A DNA stretch of 64,000 bases from an uncultured bacterium (GTDB taxonomy: Bacteria > Omnitrophota > Omnitrophia > Omnitrophales > Aquincolibacteriaceae): the NCBI GenBank assembly GCA_964434115.1, contig CAYSSX010000001.1:85571-149570 (forward strand), written 5' to 3'. Shown one piece after another: positions 56,232 to 64,000 of this stretch. The notes under the pieces are model-generated. The model ran no database searches, had not been told where the DNA came from, and was given only the letters and a program-made list of their open reading frames with translations. The position numbers and the translations under genes were made by a program. The number at the start of each line of letters is the position of its first letter. The first letter of the stretch is position 1.

Positions 56232-58408
56232 TGCAGTTTTTTCATCCCGAATACTTTCTTTTGCTCTGGGTGCTTCCGGCGGTTTGGGGACTCCACGTCC
56301 TTTCCGTGCGGCTGTGGCAAGGCCGCATGAAACGTTTTGGCGACCGGGTCACGCTTGAAACCAAATTGCTTCCTCAGTACCGGAAAAACCACTGGGGTGT
56401 GCGCGCGGTTTTGATCACCCTGGTGTTTCTTTTTTCCATTCTGGCGCTGGCCCGGCCGCAGTGGGGTGAAGAGAAAAAGAAGGTCCAGCGTAAAGGCGTT
56501 GACCTTGTATTTCTTCTCGATACTTCACTCAGTATGCTTGCCGAAGATGTGAAGCCGAACCGTTTTGAAAAAGCCCAGATGGAGATCAAGAGTTTTGTGC
56601 GCAGTCTTAAAGGGGACAGGATCGGGCTCGTGGCCTTTTCGGGATCCAGTTTTCTGCAGGCGCCATTGACGCTTGATTACGCTGCCTTTTTTCTTTTTCT
56701 GGACGGTATCCGGGTAGGCTATATTCCGGACCCCGGAACCTCCCTGAGTAAGGCCATTGGGCTTTCCATACGGTCTTTTCCCAAAGACGATATGAAGCAT
56801 AAGGCCCTTATCCTCTTTACCGATGGGGAAGACCTGCAGGGGGGGATGGATGAGGCCATTAAGGCGGCCAAGGAAGCGGGGGTTCGTATCTACACCATTG
56901 GCGTGGGTACGGAAGAAGGGGACCCGATCCCCCTCAAGGACGATACCGGCCGGAAGAGCGGCTTTAAGAAGGACCGTGCCGGGCAGGTGGTCGTGACCAA
57001 GCTGGACAAAGCACTGCTTCAAAAAATCGCGGCGGAAACAGGCGCTGTGTATCTTCCCAGCACCCCGGGTGAGGACGAAGTGGAATATATCCTCAAACAC
57101 CTTCAAAGTTTGGGTCAGCGGCAGTTTAAAGAAAAGCTGATTTCCGAAAAAGAAGATCATTACCAGATTTTCGTTTTTCTCGCTTTTTTCTTTTTGCTGC
57201 TGGAAATGATGGTGCGCGTGACCCGGAAAAACGGGAGCGTTTCAGGCCCCAGCGTTCTTCCGGTGCTGCTTTTATTTTTTCTGTTTACCGGCTTTCTCGA
57301 CACCACGCGTTCGCTCAATGAAAAAGGCAATGCCGAATTTGAACAAAAAAAATACCAGACCGCGCTTGAGAATTACCGCAAGGCGCAGGTGAAAAATCCG
57401 GATGACCCGGTGGTGATGTACAACCTTGGGGCGGGTCTTTACCAGACCCAGCAGTATCAGGAAGCGAAAAAGAATTTTGAAGGCGCTATCGCCAAGACCA
57501 AGGACCCGGAACTTAAGGCCAAAGCGCTCTACAATTACGGCAATACGCTTTACCGTTTAGGGGATTTTGAGAAGGCTATTGATTCCTATAAAAAGGCTCT
57601 TGAGCTCAAGCCCGACGACCAGGACGCCAAATACAATCTTGAGTTTTTGCAGAAGTCCAAGAACCGGATGGAAAAGGAAAACCAGGACAAACAAAAGCAA
57701 AGTGATAAACAGGACCAAAAGCAAAATCAGGACAAACAGCAGAATCAGCAGAACCAGCAGCAGAAGCCCGATCAGAAAAAGGACCAGCAGCAGAACCAGG
57801 GCGATCAGCAGCCCCAGGACCAGCAGGGGGAAGGCCAGCAGGGCAAGCAGGGGGACCAGAAGCAGGACCAGAATCAGGATCAAGATCAGAAGAAAGAACC
57901 CCAGGACCAGCAGGGCGAACAAAACCAGGATCAGAAAGACCCTCAAGATCAGCAGGGCCAGCAAGGTGAAAAGGACGACCAGAAGCAGGATCAGAAGCGC
58001 GATGAGGGCGATCAGCAGGATCAGCAGCCGAAACCCAAAGAGGACGGCCAGCCCGAAGAAGCCAAGCCTGAGGACGAGCAAGGTAATGAACCCCCGGAGC
58101 AGCCTGATCAAAAGGAAGGCGATCAGCCCCAGGACCAGCCGGAACCGAATCAAGAAGGTCAGCCCGAGCAGGCCAGCCCTGATGAGCAGCAAGGCGATCA
58201 GCCTGGAGAGCAAGGCGAACAGACGGAGCAAAGTGCGGGACAGGAAGAAAACCCTCAATCCCAGCAAAAAGCGCCGCTTCAAGGGCAAATGACTAAAGAG
58301 AACGCGCTTCGTATGCTTGACGCGATGAAAGACGGCGAAAAGGACCTACAGGACCTCCGCCGGCCGCCGTCCGAACATAAAGAAGTGCCGCCGGAAAAAG
58401 ACTGGTAA
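56231..58408 (+). CDS. batB: VWA plus TPR protein (BatB-like) with about 210-aa Q/D/K/E-rich low-complexity C-terminal tail
   Basis: TGATG overlap with batA. VWA MIDAS DLVFLLDTSLSM...TDGED. TPR repeats (YNLGAGLYQTQQYQEAKKNF, YNYGNTLYRLGDFEKAIDSYKKALEL). Then QDQKQ-rich tail. Confidence 0.8.
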   Translation: MQFFHPEYFLLLWVLPAVWGLHVLSVRLWQGRMKRFGDRVTLETKLLPQYRKNHWGVRAVLITLVFLFSILALARPQWGEEKKKVQRKGVDLVFLLDTSLSMLAEDVKPNRFEKAQMEIKSFVRSLKGDRIGLVAFSGSSFLQAPLTLDYAAFFLFLDGIRVGYIPDPGTSLSKAIGLSIRSFPKDDMKHKALILFTDGEDLQGGMDEAIKAAKEAGVRIYTIGVGTEEGDPIPLKDDTGRKSGFKKDRAGQVVVTKLDKALLQKIAAETGAVYLPSTPGEDEVEYILKHLQSLGQRQFKEKLISEKEDHYQIFVFLAFFFLLLEMMVRVTRKNGSVSGPSVLPVLLLFFLFTGFLDTTRSLNEKGNAEFEQKKYQTALENYRKAQVKNPDDPVVMYNLGAGLYQTQQYQEAKKNFEGAIAKTKDPELKAKALYNYGNTLYRLGDFEKAIDSYKKALELKPDDQDAKYNLEFLQKSKNRMEKENQDKQKQSDKQDQKQNQDKQQNQQNQQQKPDQKKDQQQNQGDQQPQDQQGEGQQGKQGDQKQDQNQDQDQKKEPQDQQGEQNQDQKDPQDQQGQQGEKDDQKQDQKRDEGDQQDQQPKPKEDGQPEEAKPEDEQGNEPPEQPDQKEGDQPQDQPEPNQEGQPEQASPDEQQGDQPGEQGEQTEQSAGQEENPQSQQKAPLQGQMTKENALRMLDAMKDGEKDLQDLRRPPSEHKEVPPEKDW
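57655..58290 (+). repeat. Coding low-complexity repeat tract (CAG/GAC/AAG-rich; encodes QDQKQ-type tail of BatB-like protein)
   Basis: Reiterated caggac/cagcag/aagcag units; produces spurious ORFs in other frames and on the minus strand. Confidence 0.6.
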
Positions 58409-58423
58409 ACCTCGGGAGGAATT

Positions 58424-58870
58424 ATGAGTTTGGATCAAAAAATTCAGGATGACATTGTTCAAGCCATGAAAGCCAAGGACGCGGACACGCTTTCCGTGTT
58501 AAGAATGCTGAAAACCATGCTGACTAATACCAAAATCCAGAAAAAGCGTGAAACCCTGGAAGATTCTGAAACGCTCGAAGTTCTTCAAAAACAGGCCAAG
58601 CAGCGTAAAGAAAGCATCGAGAGCTTTGAAAAAGCCGGCCGCGCGGATCTTGCGGAAAAAGAAAAACGGGAATACGAGATTTTGAAGAAGTATCTGCCTG
58701 AACAGCTGGATGATGCCGCTATCAAGGCTTTGGCTGAAAAAGCGATTCAATCCACAGGCGCCAAAGGAAAAGCAGACCTTGGCAAGGTCATGAAAGAATT
58801 AATGCCAGCCGTCAAAGGTAAGGCTGACGGTAAGCGCGTTAATGAAATCCTCGCGGGATTACTGCCTTAA
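58424..58870 (+). CDS. yqeY: GatB/YqeY-domain protein
   Basis: MSLDQKIQDDIVQAMKAKDADTLSVLRMLKTML; about 148 aa. Confidence 0.85.
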   Translation: MSLDQKIQDDIVQAMKAKDADTLSVLRMLKTMLTNTKIQKKRETLEDSETLEVLQKQAKQRKESIESFEKAGRADLAEKEKREYEILKKYLPEQLDDAAIKALAEKAIQSTGAKGKADLGKVMKELMPAVKGKADGKRVNEILAGLLP

Positions 58871-59341
58871 AAAACCCTAAAAACCAGATTTGAAGTCACG
58901 CCTTAATAACCCGCCTCTTATTTTACATAACATACATTATAGGACGTTATCCTTTGGGGAGAATCGCGCCTTTTTGGCTTTTGCCTGGCGTGGACAGTTC
59001 GCCTGTTGAGGGCGTTTTAGGCTGATTCAGCCATCCTCCTTTGAGGTGTTTTTTCTTCCTGCGGCAGGAGTCTTGCGGTTTGTTAGGCCTTCGGTAGCGG
59101 GCTCTCTCTATTTTTTGCCGCTGCCTGTGCAGCGTATCTATCGAGGAGGCTGTAAAACTCGAGGCCTTGCTTGGAGTGCTGGGATCTCTGAAGAAGATTT
59201 TCCCGGCGCCGGGAAAATGTGGAAATAGAGGTGTCCCTGCACAAGGCTTAAACAATAATCCTTCCCCGCTCTTTAGGCTATGTGTTTAGGGTAAAAGAAT
59301 CTGGGGGGCTGATGGGAGGTGTGTGTAAAACCCCTGAAGGG

Positions 59342-60439
59342 CTAAACCGTGCGTCTGAGGCCAGGAGTTTTTTGAAGAAGTGTGATGATGCCAAAGGAAA
59401 GAAGGTAAATGACGAGGGTGCAGATGGGAATCATAAACACCGGGTGCTGAGTGTCGGGTTTTAAGACAAAACCTCCCCACCGCCCTGAATTTAAAGCTTC
59501 GAGAATCATTGGATGAACAAGGTAAATGCCAAAACTGGCCTTGGACAGGCTGAGGACTAGGTTCTTAAAGGCAGGATTCAGGTTTCCTCCTTGCGTGTGT
59601 TTTGAATGTTTGATGAGGACAAAAAACGACGCCGTGAAAAGCACAACGTTTGGAGCAAAGTTATCGTAAAACAGTTTTTGATAGGTGTGGAGTTTGGTGC
59701 TCAATAAAAAAGTTCCCACGAGACAAAGAAGAAAACTTCCGAGCCAAAGGGCGAAGGCTGCGGGAACCCAGGAAGGCTTTGAATGTTTATGAAGAAAATA
59801 ACCCAAAAGAAAGTAGCCCACAAAACCTTCCGCGGGCGGAATCGGCAGTGAAAGGCTGATCTGGGACCCGCCGAGCAGCGGGACAGCCTTTTCTATAAAG
59901 GGCAAAGCTGAGGAAACGGTGAACCAAAGGCCTAAGAACCAAAGCAAGTCTCTCCGTGAGGCGTGGATGGTGACGAGCCGAAGGATCGGCGTAAAAAGAT
60001 AAAGCCCCGCGATCATATAAAGAAACCAGAGGTGAAAGTGGACTTTGTCCCCCGCGGCCAGACTTAAGGCTAGGGGTAAAGTGAGTTCAGGCTGGAACAG
60101 GAGTTTTTTCCAAACGAGATAAAAGAAGAGCCAGGCGGCAAACGGAATCGCGATCCGCTGAAAACGTTTGGTGAAAAAGCTTTTGTAATCCTCCTGTTTT
60201 CCTAAAAGAAGCGCCCCGCTGAGCATGACGAAAACCGGGACACAGCCCCGGACAAGCGAATCGTAAATATTCGCGGCCCACCACCAGCTGTTAGGAAATC
60301 TTCCCCACTCCGTAATGACATCCGCCGAGGTGTGAATGATGATGACGCCGAACATAACCAGTGCGCGGCAGAGATCAATCCAGAAAAGGTTTTCGTGCGG
60401 GCTGGCTGGAAGTGCTGCGGGCGAGGGGGTGATTTTCAT
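59342..60439 (-). CDS. Acyltransferase family 3 (OafA-like) integral membrane acyltransferase
   Basis: About 10 TM helices. N-terminal ENLFWIDLCRALVMFGVIIIHTS (acyltransferase_3 signature with conserved His). Confidence 0.8.
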   Translation of the reverse strand: MKITPSPAALPASPHENLFWIDLCRALVMFGVIIIHTSADVITEWGRFPNSWWWAANIYDSLVRGCVPVFVMLSGALLLGKQEDYKSFFTKRFQRIAIPFAAWLFFYLVWKKLLFQPELTLPLALSLAAGDKVHFHLWFLYMIAGLYLFTPILRLVTIHASRRDLLWFLGLWFTVSSALPFIEKAVPLLGGSQISLSLPIPPAEGFVGYFLLGYFLHKHSKPSWVPAAFALWLGSFLLCLVGTFLLSTKLHTYQKLFYDNFAPNVVLFTASFFVLIKHSKHTQGGNLNPAFKNLVLSLSKASFGIYLVHPMILEALNSGRWGGFVLKPDTQHPVFMIPICTLVIYLLSFGIITLLQKTPGLRRTV

Positions 60440-60480
60440 GTCTTTTTATATCGGCGTCCGGCAGGCGAAAGCGCAGAGGG

Positions 60481-60521
60481 AAAAAGAGGGCAGGAAACCT
60501 TTCGGCCCCCTGCCCTCTTTT
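60481..60521 (-). terminator. Rho-independent terminator after dps (minus strand)
   Basis: Plus-strand AAGAGGGCAGG-N14-CCTGCCCTCTT flanked by A5. On the minus strand the 10/11-bp stem is followed by TTTTT. Confidence 0.55.
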
Positions 60522-60542
60522 CATGAACGTGAAGTTTTTTTC

Positions 60543-61031
60543 TTACTTTTCCATCAGACTGCGCAGCATCCAGGCTGTTTTTTCATGGATCTGCATGCGC
60601 TGGGTGAGAAGATCAAGAGTAACCTGATCCTGGGCCTTTTCAGCGATAGGGAAAATCTTACGGGCCGTGCGGATGACGGCTTCATGACCTTCGACAAGGG
60701 TCCGCACCATCTCTTCGGCCTTGATGCCGCCCTTTTTTTCCTTAATCGAGGTAAGATCTGCGAATTCAGCATACGTTCCCGGCGCAAGTTCTCCCAGGGC
60801 CCGGATTCTTTCAGCGATCAAATCAATCGCCATCCAAAGTTCATTGTAGTGGGTTTCAAACATCAAATGCAGCGTCTGAAACATGGGGCCTGTGACGTTC
60901 CAGTGAAAATTATGTGTTTGAAGGTAAAGCGTGTAGGTGTCTGCCATAAGCTTTGAAACGCCTTTAGCGATTTCCTTGCGCGCACTTTCTTTAATACCAA
61001 TTTCAATAGGAATGCCGGACTTGGAACCCAT
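60543..61031 (-). CDS. dps: Dps (DNA-binding ferritin-like protein)
   Basis: [17 protein letters not shown]...[10 protein letters not shown] ferroxidase-site motifs; about 160 aa. Confidence 0.9.
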   Translation of the reverse strand: MGSKSGIPIEIGIKESARKEIAKGVSKLMADTYTLYLQTHNFHWNVTGPMFQTLHLMFETHYNELWMAIDLIAERIRALGELAPGTYAEFADLTSIKEKKGGIKAEEMVRTLVEGHEAVIRTARKIFPIAEKAQDQVTLDLLTQRMQIHEKTAWMLRSLMEK

Positions 61032-61100
61032 AAAAGCCTCCTGTTTACCTGATGTTCAATGATGATGGCCTGACTTGGGGGTGACTTTTATTATAACAGA

Positions 61101-61137
61101 AATAAAAAAGGCAGGGAACGTTATGTTCCCTGCCTTT
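61101..61137 (-). terminator. Rho-independent terminator after gap (minus strand)
   Basis: 12-bp stem AAGGCAGGGAAC / GTTCCCTGCCTT. On the minus strand followed by TTTTTTATTT. Confidence 0.65.
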
Positions 61138-61162
61138 GTAAAACAAGAAGCTTTGAAGCGTC

Positions 61163-62242
<1,080 letters not shown>

Positions 62243-62324
62243 TCAATCCGGGTTTATGAGGGGTAAACAAATGATTCCGGAAGAAATCCAGTAACTTTTC
62301 GGATCCAGGACCCGAAGGTGAAAA

Positions 62325-63449
62325 TTATAGAGACTTTGCCGGGGGTGTCAAGACTTCGTTATACACCCCTGCGATCTCGGATCCCATGCGCTCAATGGTG
62401 AAATGCTCCTCAACCGCGCGCCGGGCATGGGCGCCTATTTTACTCCGTAAGGCGGGGTCTGCCAGCAGGTTGCGAAGCGCCTCCGCGAGAAGGTCCACCC
62501 TCTTGGGTTCCACAAGAAAACCGGTTTCGCCATTTTGAATAAGCGAGTTTAAGGCCCAGATGTTGCTGACAATGACCGGCTTGCTGCAGGTCATAGCTTC
62601 CACAATGCTGAGGCCGAAGCCTTCCCTCCAGGTGGCGGGGAACGCAAAAATGTCCATCGCTGCCAAAGGTTTGGAAACATCCGAAACATTGCCGGTAAAA
62701 ACAACCCGTGACTCAATGCCTAATTCCGCGCTGAGAGACTTTAAAGAAGCCATTTCGCGGCCGTCCCCGACAATCAGAATTCGGAGGTCCGGAAACTCCC
62801 CAAGAAGTTCTGCCGCGGCGCGGATCAAATACTCATGCCCTTTGTCCTCGACCAGACGGGCCACAATGCCGACCACCCGGTCTTTGGGAGAAAACCCGAA
62901 ATCCTTTTTAACCGATTCCGGAGAATGCCGGCGGTATTGTTCGTCCAGAAGATGAATGTCCACGGCATTGTGAATCACCCGGACACGGGAAGGTGTAATA
63001 TGAAAATCTTCGGTAAGGTGCTTCCCCACCGGTTCGCTGATGGCAATGGCCCGGTTTCCCCAGGCCGGAAGCAGGCGTCTGCCAAGGCGGGCTTTGTAAA
63101 AGCCGTGGCAGGTCGTGACCACCGGGATCCCGGTTATTTGATGCGCCCAAAAGGCGAGCACTTGAGTCACTCGTGTATGGGCATGAAGAACATCGATTTT
63201 TTCGCGCCGGATGATGCGGATCAGCCGTACCAGGGCGGGAAAAAGTTTGGGGTGAATTTCGCTCTTGGTTTTGATGTCCTGGGTGAAAAGTTCCACATTT
63301 TTTTCCAGAAAAAGCGGGGCATATTCCCCGCCGCTGGAGAAAACTTTAGATTCATAACCTTTCTGGCGGAGGGTTTCCACCAGCCTGAGGATATAAATGG
63401 TAATGCCTCCGGAATTAAGATGCGTGGTGACATGCAAAACTTTTTTCAT
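62325..63449 (-). CDS. Family 1 (GT4-type) glycosyltransferase
   Basis: MKKVLHVTTHLNSGGITIY N-terminus (GGAGAG RBS). C-terminal EGFGLSIVEAMTCSKPVIVSN (E-x7-E region). Confidence 0.85.
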   Translation of the reverse strand: MKKVLHVTTHLNSGGITIYILRLVETLRQKGYESKVFSSGGEYAPLFLEKNVELFTQDIKTKSEIHPKLFPALVRLIRIIRREKIDVLHAHTRVTQVLAFWAHQITGIPVVTTCHGFYKARLGRRLLPAWGNRAIAISEPVGKHLTEDFHITPSRVRVIHNAVDIHLLDEQYRRHSPESVKKDFGFSPKDRVVGIVARLVEDKGHEYLIRAAAELLGEFPDLRILIVGDGREMASLKSLSAELGIESRVVFTGNVSDVSKPLAAMDIFAFPATWREGFGLSIVEAMTCSKPVIVSNIWALNSLIQNGETGFLVEPKRVDLLAEALRNLLADPALRSKIGAHARRAVEEHFTIERMGSEIAGVYNEVLTPPAKSL

Positions 63450-64000
63450 CCGGCACTCTCCGTAAGCATCATTCCCGGCTTCAGACGGCGGCCATTTGCA
63501 AAATCCGAACCCTTCATGGGGCTTTTGCCCGCGGGCTGGAGGCGGAAAATCCGGACCGCTCCCCTCGCGGCAGCAACCGTGATACTGCCGTCCGCATGGA
63601 GGGCCGTAAGGGTTCCGGGGGCCGCGGCCTGTGCTGACTTTTCCACTTGAGTTTCCAGCAGAGCGGTCCTGATTCCGAACCACGTGAGGTAAGTGCCGGG
63701 CCAGGGCTGAAGCGCGCGGACTTTGCGGTCGATTTCCTCGGCGGGCTGGGTGCTGAATGAAAGCTGCCCGTCTTCTTTCGTGAGTTTCCGGGCGTAAGTG
63801 GCCTGGCTTTCCTGCTGAGGCGTGCGCGTCAGGGGTTCGCCGGGAATGCGTTTCAGAAGATTCAGCAGAATATCGTGTGAACGCTTCGCGAGTTTTTCTC
63901 TTAAGGAAGGGTGAGTCTCCCCCTCCGTGATGGGAAAACGCTCCTGATAAAAAATGTCGCCCGCGTCCAGCCTGCGCGCAACTTCAATAATGGAGACGCC
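63446..64000 (-). CDS. fmt: Methionyl-tRNA formyltransferase, C-terminal part (gene continues beyond window end)
   Basis: Own translation of the minus strand: ...LDAGDIFYQERFPI...QATYARKLTKEDGQLSF...RALQPWPGTYLTW...LQPAGKSPMKGSDFANGRRLKPG matches the Fmt C-terminal domain. TGA overlaps the GT4 start (ATGA). Confidence 0.8.
   Translation of the reverse strand, partial: GVSIIEVARRLDAGDIFYQERFPITEGETHPSLREKLAKRSHDILLNLLKRIPGEPLTRTPQQESQATYARKLTKEDGQLSFSTQPAEEIDRKVRALQPWPGTYLTWFGIRTALLETQVEKSAQAAAPGTLTALHADGSITVAAARGAVRIFRLQPAGKSPMKGSDFANGRRLKPGMMLTESAG

Noticed and set aside
57557-58292. Leu-rich (minus) and Arg/Lys/Ser-rich (plus, other frame) ORFs over the BatB tail
   Set aside because: Artefacts of the CAG/GAC/AAG repeat tract. 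The in-frame continuation of the VWA-TPR protein is the coherent reading.
57640-58300. Repetitive tract as a CRISPR array
   Set aside because: Repeats are 6-9 nt, in-frame coding and irregular. No 25-40 nt direct repeats with unique spacers anywhere in the window.
59198-59217. Perfect palindrome TTTTCCCGGCGCCGGGAAAA as an intrinsic terminator
   Set aside because: The T-run precedes the stem and the A-run follows it in both orientations, so neither strand has the stem-then-U-tract geometry. Kept only as part of the spacer finding.
59300-59360. tmRNA-like 5' sequence GGGGGCTGATGGGAGG
   Set aside because: A plus-strand tmRNA would run into the acyltransferase CDS. No matching 3' acceptor/T-arm/CCA or tag-peptide reading frame found.

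Overview
This is a gene-dense, mostly plus-strand bacterial chromosomal segment, moderately GC-rich by eye. I saw no rRNA, tRNA, CRISPR array, transposase or integrase. The window has six blocks.

- **1-12.6 kb, accessory region.** An exosortase / PEP-CTERM exopolysaccharide locus. It holds a small secreted domain protein and a 1119-aa membrane-anchored paralog with a large W/Y-rich C-terminal domain. It also holds a NodB deacetylase, a processive GT2, an exosortase, EpsI, a polyprenyl-phosphate sugar transferase, two PEP-CTERM substrates, a polytopic membrane protein and a TPR lipoprotein. A near-consensus sigma-54 -24/-12 promoter lies upstream of the sugar-transferase / PEP-CTERM genes. A GAF histidine kinase plus sigma-54-dependent response regulator pair (12.9-15.6 kb) sits immediately downstream.
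- **15.7-34.6 kb, conserved housekeeping synteny.** pgk-tpiA-secG, recG, rsmD-coaD-yceD-rpmF-plsX-fabH-fabD-fabG-acpP-fabF, smc-pgsA-plsY, a PC4-like small protein, and recA-recX.
- **34.6-46.7 kb.** alaS followed by a contiguous his-trp supraoperon (hisD-B-H-A-[membrane ORF]-F-I-trpE-G-D-C-F).
- **46.7-51.5 kb.** A second histidine kinase / sigma-54 response regulator pair, then dnaK with a strong terminator.
- **51.5-58.9 kb.** A Bat/MoxR-type operon (BatD-like/DUF4381 fusion, MoxR, DUF58, a second BatD-like/DUF4381 fusion, VWA BatA, VWA-TPR BatB with a long Q/D/K-rich tail), then a gatB/yqeY-domain gene.
- **59.3-64.0 kb, minus strand.** Acyltransferase-3, dps, gap, a GT4 glycosyltransferase and the 3' part of fmt.

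The most novel-looking content is the paralog pair at the head of the exosortase locus together with its sigma-54 regulatory wiring. Second is the duplicated BatD-N/DUF4381 proteins flanking MoxR-DUF58.
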